From IMG/VR virus record IMGVR_UViG_3300009183_004565: a stretch of 64,000 bases of DNA; one strand, written 5' to 3'. The DNA comes from a virus. Its lineage: Duplodnaviria > Caudoviricetes. The translations under genes were made by a program, and so were the position numbers. Below are positions 36,747 through 45,757 of the stretch, piece after piece; the stretch's first letter is position 1; the number at the start of each line of letters is the position of its first letter. The notes beneath the pieces were generated by a model. That model ran no database searches, was not told where the DNA came from, and saw nothing but the letters and a program-made list of their open reading frames with translations.

Positions 36747-37219
36747 TAAACGAACGAATTGCAAAACCTGTTGTTAAAGATAAATTCTGGGTAGTCGAAG
36801 ATCAAGGACAAAAGATTGCTACCATCCAAGCACGTAACGATGGGGGTTTTGTTTACGTACACGACGATTTAAGAGAATACTTTCCATCAGTGAAAATTCT
36901 AAAACAAAAGTATCAGATTAAATTTTCCACTGTTGATAAAAATAAAACAAAAACTAATAATACAGTGTATGATTATCCAGTAACTGGGCGAGTGTACAAT
37001 CAAGTATTCGATATCCTAAGACGATTACCTATCTATACTAAAACACCCAAGAGTAAAAGTTTTTTCTGTGCAGGATATTACCTAATAGAATTAAACAATG
37101 CATGGACCGTACAATACTGTCCAAAAAATATTACCTTGTGTAGATACGACTTTGTTGGACCATACAAAAGTGAAGAAGAAGTTAACCAAGTGTTAAAGGA
37201 AAAAAATGCAAAATATTAG
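36743..37219 (+). CDS. hypothetical protein
   Basis: ATGA-coupled 158-aa ORF. Confidence 0.65.
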   Translation: MINERIAKPVVKDKFWVVEDQGQKIATIQARNDGGFVYVHDDLREYFPSVKILKQKYQIKFSTVDKNKTKTNNTVYDYPVTGRVYNQVFDILRRLPIYTKTPKSKSFFCAGYYLIELNNAWTVQYCPKNITLCRYDFVGPYKSEEEVNQVLKEKNAKY

Positions 37220-37421
37220 TCTAGCAATTCAAAACTTCAACAATCGTGTCAAGCAAATGAATCAAAGTGGTAGTAAACAACTTGTACTTAACATTGATGA
37301 AGCTCGTAATTTGCACTCGGATATATATGCTTTACTGGCCAATTTGGCAGAAGCAGTATCTACTCCTAGAAATACAGAAGAACCAGTCACACCCGGACTC
37401 GATGGCGGGGGCTTTAAGTAA
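37206..37421 (+). CDS. hypothetical protein
   Basis: 71-aa ORF ending GLDGGGFK. Confidence 0.6.
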   Translation: MQNISLAIQNFNNRVKQMNQSGSKQLVLNIDEARNLHSDIYALLANLAEAVSTPRNTEEPVTPGLDGGGFK

Positions 37422-37440
37422 TCTACGCCGTTTAAAGTCA

Positions 37441-37446
37441 TAAATA
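37441..37446 (+). promoter_or_regulatory. T4-like late promoter core TAAATA
   Basis: CATAAATA in the gap before 37469; AAGGA SD follows. Confidence 0.55.
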
Positions 37447-37468
37447 CACAGTTCAAGGAAAGTCTACG

Positions 37469-37756
37469 ATGTCCAGACCTAAACCAACAGTGTTGTTAGA
37501 ACACGTTAATAAAACTAACTTCAAGAGCGATCAGGTATTAAGCAGCGAAGGAATCTGGGCGGTTTTCTACGACAATAAACCCATTAATCTTAAAACTCAT
37601 AATATTCTATTGCACTATCCTGGTCCAAAATACAAAAAGGTCTCTTTTAGTAATAGCGGACATGCTATCAATCTTTGCAAAAAACTTAACACATTGTTCA
37701 AGACCGATAAATTCACCGTGGTCTTAATGAAACAAGGTGACCAAATCTACCCTTAA
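37469..37756 (+). CDS. hypothetical protein
   Basis: MSRPKP start; GPKYKKVSFSN.GHA motif. Confidence 0.65.
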   Translation: MSRPKPTVLLEHVNKTNFKSDQVLSSEGIWAVFYDNKPINLKTHNILLHYPGPKYKKVSFSNSGHAINLCKKLNTLFKTDKFTVVLMKQGDQIYP

Positions 37757-38102
37757 TCAATCGCATTATACTCGTGTCTTTTTAGAAGCTGCGGGTATAG
37801 GAATGGACAACTTTGAGTATTATCGTCGGGATTGGTGGTTTAATCATACTGTTCCCGCCAATCTCAGACTAAGCAAATCCGGCATCGTGTTTGTTGAAAA
37901 GTATGCCAAAATTACAACGTATCAAATTGAACTTGCCAACCCATTACTAAGCAGAACATTCGTACAATTGTCACGCCTGTTTACTTGTCCTTACTATATT
38001 AAAAAAAATAATAAAATTGTATTACTTGGAGAAGAAGAAACTGTGTTGCTAAGTTTGCATGCCAACAATCTACAGCAATATTTGGATAACTTGCAACTTT
38101 AG
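37737..38102 (+). CDS. hypothetical protein
   Basis: 121-aa ORF overlapping the upstream gene end. Confidence 0.6.
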   Translation: MTKSTLNQSHYTRVFLEAAGIGMDNFEYYRRDWWFNHTVPANLRLSKSGIVFVEKYAKITTYQIELANPLLSRTFVQLSRLFTCPYYIKKNNKIVLLGEEETVLLSLHANNLQQYLDNLQL

Positions 38103-38108
38103 CAACGG

Positions 38109-38137
38109 TTGACAGTAATTTTCTTTTTTTATATACT
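38109..38137 (+). promoter_or_regulatory. sigma70-type promoter
   Basis: TTGACA-17-TATACT; AAGGAG SD before 38173. Confidence 0.8.
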
Positions 38138-38172
38138 ACACTTCTTTAAATAACTTCATTAAAGGAGTAGCA

Positions 38173-39345
38173 ATGTCTGCGGATAATGTAAATCAATTGC
38201 GTACAGTGGTTCGAGGAGCAAATCCTTTTGCTCCTATTGCAAAAATTAAAAATCAACAGTTGTCAAATAAAAAAGGCAAATACGAAGCATTGCCACAACG
38301 AGCACAACCGTTAATTGCTTCTTCTAAAATTCAAGAAGCAATTAATATTCTGAAACAACGACTAAACGGTGAAGTATATATTCAAGAACATTTTGGACGT
38401 CTGATGGAAGTTGATGAAAGTTTAATTGACATCAATATTGATATACAAAGGTTTTTGGAAGAACTTCATATTGCTGATAATATTATTACTTTATTTGATC
38501 CGCGTATTATGCAACCTCTTAATGTTATCTTTATTAAAGAGACTGGACGTTACAGTTCATGGGAGGGGCAACAAAGTGGTACAGCGTTTTATCTCATGAA
38601 ACATTTTGGATTAATTGCACCTGGTACTAAGATTCAATGTAAGGTAGTTGACGACGATCTTGTTGTGCCAGGAAGCACTGATGTTGGAGAAGCTGTTGGT
38701 AATTATGGATTTAGACGGCTTGGCGGCAGTGGTCGTAAATCTATTGATGCTTTCTTTGTCCATCGTAGTCGTGTTAACGGCAAAAGACTTTACGGATCAA
38801 ATTTGACCGAAGATGTACAGAGCCACGAGTTACAAGAGATACTAGAGAAAAATAATATGTTTCCTGCTCCTGCAGTAGAAGCAAAAGGTCAGCAGGCACA
38901 GCCAGGAATGGTTACTTATATTACTGGTGTAAACAATATCGGACATCACGGTGCAGAAACAGAAGAAATCTTTGAAATGGGTAAGGAAGATTTACAATGG
39001 GCACTAAACTGGCATAATACTTATTTTGCTAACGAAAAAGGTGTTGATGGTGGTTTTATTCTTGCATTTGGTCGTTTAAGTGCAGAAGCTCGTGATGAGA
39101 ATGTTGAACTTACTCCCGAACTTGAACTTGATTTATATAATCATATTCGTGCTACTTACGGAAGCCCAAAAGGATTTCATGCAGACTGCAAAACTAGACT
39201 CAAGAAATTTCAAATTGCAAATAATCTTAAAGATTCCTGGTCTGATTCCTGTCTTACTCCTATTTTAATTATTGATTATCTAAATGCGGGCGGACAATGT
39301 GCTGTTCCTCAAGTGAAAGGCATGACAACATATGGTGGAATCTAA
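38173..39345 (+). CDS. putative ParB/Srx (DGQHR-like) domain protein
   Basis: IDIQR...FDP..MQPLNV...YSSWEGQQSG resembles the DGQHR-type ParB-N core. Confidence 0.45.
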   Translation: MSADNVNQLRTVVRGANPFAPIAKIKNQQLSNKKGKYEALPQRAQPLIASSKIQEAINILKQRLNGEVYIQEHFGRLMEVDESLIDINIDIQRFLEELHIADNIITLFDPRIMQPLNVIFIKETGRYSSWEGQQSGTAFYLMKHFGLIAPGTKIQCKVVDDDLVVPGSTDVGEAVGNYGFRRLGGSGRKSIDAFFVHRSRVNGKRLYGSNLTEDVQSHELQEILEKNNMFPAPAVEAKGQQAQPGMVTYITGVNNIGHHGAETEEIFEMGKEDLQWALNWHNTYFANEKGVDGGFILAFGRLSAEARDENVELTPELELDLYNHIRATYGSPKGFHADCKTRLKKFQIANNLKDSWSDSCLTPILIIDYLNAGGQCAVPQVKGMTTYGGI

Positions 39346-39703
39346 TTTAGATTATTACTTTTACCTTTGGCGTAATCGGATTGTGCTAGATGATGATCTT
39401 ATAGTCACTCGAACCTGTTTCGGAATTACTGGCAATCCGTTTGGCCCAAACGGTCGTCTCAACGGATACGAAGGACACAACGGAAAATTAATTCAGTTTG
39501 CAGATATGTGGATTGGTCCAAAACGTCCTATTAAAGATCTTGAAGACCATATAAAGGCAGAATTCTATGATTATGCAGTCACGGGCCATTTAGGATTTAG
39601 ATACGAATGGATAAACGAAGAAGTCGAGTACGATCAAATTAAATCTTGGGTAGAGTGGGAAGTTAGTGGACATCCAAGCATTAGCAAATATGTAATAGTG
39701 TAA
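39332..39703 (+). CDS. hypothetical protein, weakly GIY-YIG-like
   Basis: YYFYL...CFGIT.N...RL..Y; overlaps the end of 38173..39345. Confidence 0.45.
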   Translation: MVESNLDYYFYLWRNRIVLDDDLIVTRTCFGITGNPFGPNGRLNGYEGHNGKLIQFADMWIGPKRPIKDLEDHIKAEFYDYAVTGHLGFRYEWINEEVEYDQIKSWVEWEVSGHPSISKYVIV

Positions 39704-39715
39704 AATTAACAACCG

Positions 39716-39744
39716 TTGACCAAAAATGCCCGTTTTGCTATAAT
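39716..39744 (+). promoter_or_regulatory. strong sigma70-type early promoter (copy 1)
   Basis: TTGACC-17-TATAAT with TG-extended -10; AACCGTTG...CCCGTTTTGCTATAAT. Confidence 0.85.
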
Positions 39745-39801
39745 AATAGAGTAGTAAAGCGGGCATTGCTTTTGTAGCAACTAGTTGTTAAAAAGTAACC
39801 G

Positions 39802-39830
39802 TTGCACATAATTCCCCGTTTTGCTATAAT
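39802..39830 (+). promoter_or_regulatory. strong sigma70-type early promoter (copy 2)
   Basis: TTGCAC-17-TATAAT; same AACCGTTG...CCCGTTTTGCTATAAT frame as copy 1. Confidence 0.8.
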
Positions 39831-39860
39831 GTTTGTACGTTAACTAATAAGGAGTCGTAA

Positions 39861-40241
39861 ATGTCTAAACTTTTTACTTTTGCCGGCACTTGTACAGAAA
39901 AAGGCGCTACTGTTTACAAATTTGCTAACGACGCTAAACGTGCCAAAGCATTAGAGCGTTTTGGTTGCACAGATGTTAACATGATTGAGCTGCCGTTTGC
40001 AATGGGTAAAGAAGCGGCTGTTGATTATCTTGGTACACAAGGCATTACAGCAGGCAAAATGCCCCGTGTTGCTAAAACTGCAACTGTTGCTAAAGTAGCA
40101 AAGGTTGCTAAAACTGCAACTGTTGTTAAAACGGCAAAGCGTGTTGGCGACAAGCCGCGCAAAAATCAAAGCCCAGAGGATTTTGCTATTGCATGGTTTG
40201 CAGACAAAGAAGCTCGCGTTAATGCAAAATTTGGATTCTAA
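39861..40241 (+). CDS. basic Ala/Lys-rich early protein with histone-like repeats
   Basis: AAGGAG SD; VAKTATVAKVAKVAKTATVVKTAK. Confidence 0.7.
   Translation: MSKLFTFAGTCTEKGATVYKFANDAKRAKALERFGCTDVNMIELPFAMGKEAAVDYLGTQGITAGKMPRVAKTATVAKVAKVAKTATVVKTAKRVGDKPRKNQSPEDFAIAWFADKEARVNAKFGF
40068..40125 (+). repeat. 22-bp intragenic direct repeat
   Basis: GTTGCTAAAACTGCAACTGTTG at 40068 and 40104. Confidence 0.9.
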
Positions 40242-40250
40242 TAGTTTGAT

Positions 40251-40282
40251 AGTCTGTGGTGTAACAGCCACAGACTTTAATT
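40251..40282 (+). terminator. hairpin, probable terminator or processing stem
   Basis: AGTCTGTGG-tgtaacag-CCACAGACT 9-bp stem then TTAATT. Confidence 0.55.
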
Positions 40283-40330
40283 CACTGTTTAACTATAATA
40301 TGTTTTCACATGTTGACAAGGAGAACTTAA

Positions 40331-41437
40331 ATGGCAGTAACTGAAAGTCGTACTGTAACACCCGAAGAAGCACGTAGTCGTATGTTGCGCTGCTTCAAGC
40401 ATAAGCGTCCTGTGTTCCTCTGGGGGCCGCCAGGCGTAGGCAAATCCGAAGTAGTAGCAGACATTGCTACAGAGCTCGGTGGCTACATGATTGACTTGCG
40501 ACTATCGCAAATGGAGCCAACTGACATTCGCGGCATCCCGTTCTTTAACAAGAACAACGAGAAGATGGATTGGGCACCACCCATTGACTTGCCCGACGAC
40601 GAGCTCGCTGCACAGTATCCTATTGTTGTGTTGTTGCTTGACGAGATGAACTCAGCGGCACCTGCAGTGCAGGCAGCGGCCTATCAGTTGATTCTGAATC
40701 GACGCATTGGCAAATACAAGTTGCCGGACAATGTTGTTATGGTAGCTGCAGGCAATCGTGACAGCGACAAAGGTGTTACGTTCCGTATGCCTAGTCCGTT
40801 GGCAAATCGTTTCTTGCACTTAGAAGTACGTCCAGACTTTCAATCATGGCAGAACTGGGCTGTTAAAAACAAGATCCACTCGGATGTTGTTGGTTACTTG
40901 AGTTTTGCCAAAGCCGACATGTTTGACTTTGATCCACGTAGTAACAGTCGTTCATTCGCTACACCACGTACTTGGACCTTTGCTAGCGAGTTCTGTCATG
41001 ACAAGGATATGTCTGACGCAGAATTGACTGACTTGATTGCAGGTTGTGTTGGCGAAGGTACTGCTGTTAAGTTTATGGCGCATCGCAAACATGCTGCTAA
41101 CTTGCCCAAGCCCGAAGACATTCTGGCAGGCAAGGTCAAAGAGTTAAAGACCAAAGAAGTTTCGGCAATGTATTCTTTGACTACGAGTATGTGTTATGAG
41201 TTGCAAGACTACTACACCAAGAACGGCAAAGACAAGTTGGCTGAGTTCCACAAAATGGCAGACAACTTCCTGCGATTTATGATGGATAACTTTACAACTG
41301 AAGTTACTGTTATGGGTGCTCGTGTTGCATTGACTACATACAATCTGCCAATGGTTCCTGGCAAGATGCCTAGCTTTGACGAGTTCCATCAGCGTTTTGG
41401 CAAGTATGTTTTAGCAGCAGCAGGCAGTTCTAAATAA
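40331..41437 (+). CDS. MoxR-like AAA+ ATPase
   Basis: Walker A GPPGVGKS, Walker B LLLDEMN, VAAGNR, LANRF, TPRTW. Confidence 0.9.
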   Translation: MAVTESRTVTPEEARSRMLRCFKHKRPVFLWGPPGVGKSEVVADIATELGGYMIDLRLSQMEPTDIRGIPFFNKNNEKMDWAPPIDLPDDELAAQYPIVVLLLDEMNSAAPAVQAAAYQLILNRRIGKYKLPDNVVMVAAGNRDSDKGVTFRMPSPLANRFLHLEVRPDFQSWQNWAVKNKIHSDVVGYLSFAKADMFDFDPRSNSRSFATPRTWTFASEFCHDKDMSDAELTDLIAGCVGEGTAVKFMAHRKHAANLPKPEDILAGKVKELKTKEVSAMYSLTTSMCYELQDYYTKNGKDKLAEFHKMADNFLRFMMDNFTTEVTVMGARVALTTYNLPMVPGKMPSFDEFHQRFGKYVLAAAGSSK

Positions 41438-41491
41438 TCTGAGTCGCGTGTGAGGCAGGGGCAGGACCTGGTCCGTAAGACCCTTTTTATT

Positions 41492-41821
41492 ATGCAATTT
41501 ATTCTTGAAAAATTAGACGGGAGGCATACCGGACACGAACTGTGGAAGTATCGTGTGTATATGCTACAGTATGTGTTATACCAGCACAGCAACGATAGAT
41601 TCAAAGGTTTTCACGATTTGAGAGTTTGGATGACCGAGCAATATGGTCCGAGTTGTGAACGAAATTACTATATAAACACAGCCGAAGCACATAAAGCCTA
41701 CAAAGGGCACGAACTGTTTAATCCGCCTTGGTGTTGGCACATAGATGTCAGCCAAGGAGACTTGTACATCTACATTAAAGATGATGCAACATTGAGTAAT
41801 ATCCAATTAAAATGGCTTTGA
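41492..41821 (+). CDS. hypothetical protein
   Basis: Likely start ATG 41492 (MQFILEKLDGRH) after a T-rich tract. Confidence 0.6.
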   Translation: MQFILEKLDGRHTGHELWKYRVYMLQYVLYQHSNDRFKGFHDLRVWMTEQYGPSCERNYYINTAEAHKAYKGHELFNPPWCWHIDVSQGDLYIYIKDDATLSNIQLKWL

Positions 41822-41846
41822 CAGTAAATCCATTTTGTTATATAAT
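41818..41846 (+). promoter_or_regulatory. strong sigma70-type early promoter
   Basis: Consensus TTGACA-17-TATAAT; AAGGAGG SD before 41871. Confidence 0.9.
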
Positions 41847-41870
41847 ATGTTTACACGTTAAGGAGGCGAC

Positions 41871-43130
41871 ATGGCAGAATCTACTGTAATTGACAAAGCA
41901 AAAGTTAAGACTGTAACTAACCCAAAGACGGACGCGGCTGCTCGCGAAAAACTTACTACTGCTCGCATTGGCTTGCTGCTAAAGGCTCCGTTCTTTGGAC
42001 AGTTGGCTACACGTATGACGCTTACTAATGCCGACGAATGGTGCGGTACTGCTGCTACAGACGGACGCAAGTTCTATTACAATAGCGAGTTTGTTAACAA
42101 CATGCCGCTTAAACAACTTGAGTTCTTGGTTGGACACGAGATCCTGCATGCTGTATATGATCACATGGGACGCCGCGGCGACCGACTGCCTCGGCTGAGT
42201 AATATTGCTGCTGATTATTGTGTTAACCAAGACTTGGTTGAACAACGTATTGGCGAAAAGATTAGTGTAGTACCTATCTTGTTTGATTCTAAGTTCAAAG
42301 GGCAAAGCTACGAAGAAGTATATGATTACTTGTACGAGAACGCAGACAAGATCAATATGGAACAGCTGGAGCAGATGATTCTCGACGAGCACTTGGAAGA
42401 TGACGGTGACGGTGACGGTGACGGCGACGGTGAAGATGGCAAAGGTCGCCCTCGACTGAGCAAAGAAGAAGCACAGGCTATCCGCGATGAGATCAAAGGT
42501 GCTGTTATTGCTGCGGCACAGAGTGCAGGTGCAGGTAACTTGCCTAGCGGTGTCAAGCGTTTACTCAAAGACATGACTGAGCCAGTAATTGGCTGGAAGG
42601 AATTATTACAGCAACAGATTCAAAGTGTTGTCAAGAATGACTTTAGCTGGGCACGGCCAAGTCGTAGGGGTTGGCACATGGATGCCATATTGCCTGGCTT
42701 GAAGCCCGGTGAGATGATTGATGTGTGCATTGCCATGGACCAGTCGGGCAGTATCAGCGAAGAAGATAGCAAGGCATTTTTGGGTGAGATCAAAGGTATC
42801 ATGGAAGCATTCGACGAGTACAAGATTACACTGTGGTGCTTTGACACAGACATCTATAACGTGCAGACATACACGTCAGACAACATTGACGACATCATGG
42901 AGTATGAACCTCAAGGCGGTGGCGGCACTGACTTTATGGCCAATTGGGAGTTCATGAAAGCGAATGCGATTGAACCCAAGAAGTTCATTATGTTTACTGA
43001 TGGTATGCCGTTTGGTGAGTGGGGCGAAGAGCAGTATTGCGAAACTGTTTGGATCATTAAAGGTAACCCAGGTTGCGAACCACCATGGGGCATTTGGGCA
43101 CATTACGAAGAAGCAGCGAAAGGACGTTGA
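41871..43130 (+). CDS. metallopeptidase-like (HExxH) plus VWA domain protein, MoxR partner
   Basis: TAATDG, GHEILH, acidic DG linker, MIDAS-like DQSGS, GGGTDF, FTDG. Confidence 0.9.
   Translation: MAESTVIDKAKVKTVTNPKTDAAAREKLTTARIGLLLKAPFFGQLATRMTLTNADEWCGTAATDGRKFYYNSEFVNNMPLKQLEFLVGHEILHAVYDHMGRRGDRLPRLSNIAADYCVNQDLVEQRIGEKISVVPILFDSKFKGQSYEEVYDYLYENADKINMEQLEQMILDEHLEDDGDGDGDGDGEDGKGRPRLSKEEAQAIRDEIKGAVIAAAQSAGAGNLPSGVKRLLKDMTEPVIGWKELLQQQIQSVVKNDFSWARPSRRGWHMDAILPGLKPGEMIDVCIAMDQSGSISEEDSKAFLGEIKGIMEAFDEYKITLWCFDTDIYNVQTYTSDNIDDIMEYEPQGGGGTDFMANWEFMKANAIEPKKFIMFTDGMPFGEWGEEQYCETVWIIKGNPGCEPPWGIWAHYEEAAKGR
42402..42431 (+). repeat. (GACGGT)n hexamer tract encoding an Asp-Gly linker
   Basis: Five units, one of them GACGGC. 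Confidence 0.9.
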
Positions 43131-43131
43131 T

Positions 43132-43407
43132 ATGAAACGAGCTTGGCGATTTATTAAATGGTGTTTTGTTGGTATGGGGTTGGCTGAATGGTACCTGCTG
43201 TCAGGAAGTTTTTGTTTAGGCTCCGGACTAGCTGCAATAGCACAAGGTGACAATGAGTCTAAGCAATTTTGGTTTGGTGCTGCTGCAGTTATAGCAATAA
43301 TTGCTATGCTTAGTTTTATCTTACAAGGTATCAAGTCAATGTGGAATCGTTTCAAAGAAGATGACGAACGAGCCTTTAACATACTTAAAGATAAAGATCT
43401 AAAATGA
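43132..43407 (+). CDS. small membrane protein
   Basis: Start ATG 43132 (MKRAWRF); two hydrophobic helices. Confidence 0.6.
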   Translation: MKRAWRFIKWCFVGMGLAEWYLLSGSFCLGSGLAAIAQGDNESKQFWFGAAAVIAIIAMLSFILQGIKSMWNRFKEDDERAFNILKDKDLK

Positions 43408-43595
43408 AAGAATCAACAATTATATGGATTGCTGTTGTGCTATTAATAGCAACATTGTGTGTAGTTCATTTAATGAATAAACCTCAAGGTATGTGGATTA
43501 ATTGTGACATAGCAGAAATTAGTCCAGACTATACCAACGCAATCAAGGAAGCCTGTAGAAAAGCAAGGAGTGATAATGATTATAGACCTAAATAA
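43404..43595 (+). CDS. small membrane-anchored protein
   Basis: N-terminal TM helix; INCDIAEISPDY...C. Confidence 0.6.
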   Translation: MKESTIIWIAVVLLIATLCVVHLMNKPQGMWINCDIAEISPDYTNAIKEACRKARSDNDYRPK

Positions 43596-43794
43596 TGAAG
43601 CAGTGGATGGCCTTATTAAAAGCATCTTGATTCAAGACTACAAAGGATTACTTGAAGATACTGATCGTTTAAACAAGCTCAAAAATAAAGGAGCACATCA
43701 ACTAAAAGATATCGAACACAACTTGCGTTATATTGAGGCAATGGAAACACTAATGGAATATTATGTTGGATTCCAATGGAAGGATCAACTGTGA
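43570..43794 (+). CDS. hypothetical protein
   Basis: 74-aa helical ORF in the early operon. Confidence 0.55.
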   Translation: MIMIIDLNNEAVDGLIKSILIQDYKGLLEDTDRLNKLKNKGAHQLKDIEHNLRYIEAMETLMEYYVGFQWKDQL

Positions 43795-44195
43795 AACACG
43801 TAGGCATAGCTGTTGGTATGGACATGTTCGAACGTATTGATCGTGTTCGCGAACTGGCTGATCATTATGGATTCAGACTAGGCAAGATACCATATAACAG
43901 TTATGGTGCAACTGACAATATTGACAATATTGCACTATATCCAAAAGATCAAAGTCTACCTGTGTACAGTCGTGATGCTTGTTTTTTTAGTGGCAACTTG
44001 GTCGAACTTGAAAACTTCTTCGAAGGTATTCGTTGGTCAAGAAACTATGATCAAATGATTGGTGCAATGTCTGCACAACGTCGCGAACAGTTTGAAGCAA
44101 AAGAGATTGCAAGATTAGCCAAAATACAGTATAATCAAGAACGTGCAGAAACTTTTAAAACACTTAAAAAGGAATTTGATAATGGAACCGATTGA
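43791..44195 (+). CDS. hypothetical protein
   Basis: GTGA-coupled start at 43791. Confidence 0.6.
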   Translation: MKHVGIAVGMDMFERIDRVRELADHYGFRLGKIPYNSYGATDNIDNIALYPKDQSLPVYSRDACFFSGNLVELENFFEGIRWSRNYDQMIGAMSAQRREQFEAKEIARLAKIQYNQERAETFKTLKKEFDNGTD

Positions 44196-44475
44196 CTTCA
44201 ACAATGTTAAAGCCAGCAAAAAAGTAAAGAAGTTGATTGCTGAATTGCAATATCGTGTACTGCAAACAGAGGATGCACTCGAAGATATTGCTCGTGCTGC
44301 TGAGATTGCCGAAGTAACCGGACAAGTTGAAATGATGAGTATCTTTGTACAACAGGCAAATGAATTACTTCGAGATCGTATTGTTCGCCCGGATTCAAGT
44401 ATTGCTGCCGACAATTATAAAATGACTATTGTTACAGACGACGATCCGGTAGAGGACAATAAGAATGTTACGTAA
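44182..44475 (+). CDS. hypothetical protein
   Basis: ATG 44182 after AAGGA; coiled-coil. Confidence 0.6.
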   Translation: MEPIDFNNVKASKKVKKLIAELQYRVLQTEDALEDIARAAEIAEVTGQVEMMSIFVQQANELLRDRIVRPDSSIAADNYKMTIVTDDDPVEDNKNVT

Positions 44476-44755
44476 CGGTGAAGCTAATCCGTTAAATGTA
44501 CACGGGCTTCGCGAACTAGAGCGTTGCCCGCCTCATTTTGTACAAGTACAATTTGATCTAAGGTGTTCCCGTAAACAAATCACTGATTGGATTTGGGAAA
44601 ACTTTGAAGGTCGTTTTTGGTTTGGTGATTGGTTTTATACTAACAATACTGGTGTCATTGCAATGGATACTTGTGCCGCATTTGAACTACCTGGCGAAGC
44701 AAGTATGTTTGGATTATGTTTGGACCAAATACAGGCTAATACCTACTACAAATAA
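44465..44755 (+). CDS. hypothetical protein
   Basis: NPLNVHGLR...PPHF...WIWENFEGRF...FE motif. Confidence 0.6.
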   Translation: MLRNGEANPLNVHGLRELERCPPHFVQVQFDLRCSRKQITDWIWENFEGRFWFGDWFYTNNTGVIAMDTCAAFELPGEASMFGLCLDQIQANTYYK

Positions 44756-44781
44756 AAATATTCCTGTGGTTATTGTTTGAG

Positions 44782-44787
44782 TAAATA
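44782..44787 (+). promoter_or_regulatory. T4-like late promoter core TAAATA
   Basis: Intergenic, followed by GGAG SD and ATG 44812. Confidence 0.5.
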
Positions 44788-44811
44788 ATAGTAGTTATTT
44801 ACGGAGAACAT

Positions 44812-45042
44812 ATGGAACAAGAAACTCAACCAGAAGCACCAAGTTTATCACTAAACGATTTGGTACTTCTTCTTAATCTAGTCAGAGTCACTGCAGACCG
44901 CGGTGCAATCAAAGCAGAAGAAATGTCAGCTGTGGGCGCAGTCTACGAAAAGCTGGGCAAATTTCTGCAAGCAAGTGGTGCATTAAATCAATCTGCACCT
45001 ACACCCCCAGAATCTGAAGCATCAGACGATTCAAACGCATAA
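44812..45042 (+). CDS. hypothetical protein
   Basis: 76-aa ORF with GGAG SD. Confidence 0.65.
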   Translation: MEQETQPEAPSLSLNDLVLLLNLVRVTADRGAIKAEEMSAVGAVYEKLGKFLQASGALNQSAPTPPESEASDDSNA

Positions 45043-45058
45043 TACCTAGGAGACTTAT

Positions 45059-45757
45059 ATGTTAAAGCACGTTGGCAAACACAACGATAAAAGATGTGTT
45101 ATTGTATTTCGAAAGATACCTGAACTTGAGCATATGGCTCTTGTTGTTTACAGTGATCTATTACCACGTATGACACACGATGAAATTATGCGGGCAGTTG
45201 AAAGTCCTCAAGGACAAGAGGCAATGGACATCTCCGAAGTTCTATTTAGAACTATCATGGCAGACGGAAACAACTGCCTAGAGAGTCTACATCGCAACGG
45301 ACTAATGAAAAAAGTTCCAACTAATCAAGTGTTAGTGACACCTACCACTACTTCAAGTGTACGTCTTGATGAACTCAACGACATCTTAGATGAAATGGCC
45401 AAAGGTAAAGAAGCAATGGAACGATTACAGAACATCGATTCTAATCGCGGATTTACAGGTAAAAAGAATAACACTGACAAGAATCAACCACGACGTGCCG
45501 AAATCCAAGAACTTGGTGAGCGTAAAATGCGTGAAGCCCAAGGAAATACTAGCGCAGCCGACATGCTAGCTGGTATGCTAAGTGACAACGATCTAGCCGT
45601 ACAACGACTAGAACAAGCACAAAGAATGGAAGCTAGTGCTAAACAACTTTTAGAAGAAGCAGCACGTCTTAAAGCAGAAGCAGGCAGTCTAGATCCTAAG
45701 GTAAACAATGTCGGAACAAAAACCAAAAAAACCACGACAAAAAAGCAAACGGCTTAA
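45059..45757 (+). CDS. hypothetical protein with C-terminal coiled coil
   Basis: AGGAG SD; MLKHVGKH start; basic tail. Confidence 0.7.
   Translation: MLKHVGKHNDKRCVIVFRKIPELEHMALVVYSDLLPRMTHDEIMRAVESPQGQEAMDISEVLFRTIMADGNNCLESLHRNGLMKKVPTNQVLVTPTTTSSVRLDELNDILDEMAKGKEAMERLQNIDSNRGFTGKKNNTDKNQPRRAEIQELGERKMREAQGNTSAADMLAGMLSDNDLAVQRLEQAQRMEASAKQLLEEAARLKAEAGSLDPKVNNVGTKTKKTTTKKQTA

Noticed and set aside
37406-37440. CTTTAA/TTAAAG inverted repeat before the late promoter
   Set aside because: Short, AT-rich and expected by chance.
41455-41490. GC-rich segment with T tail after the MoxR gene as a terminator or ncRNA
   Set aside because: Only a 4-bp perfect stem (GGTC/GACC) can be drawn; too weak to call without homologues.
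40068-42431. 22-bp direct repeat and (GACGGT)n tract as regulatory or contingency repeats
   Set aside because: Both are in-frame and simply encode low-complexity linkers; unit lengths are multiples of 3, so no phase variation.
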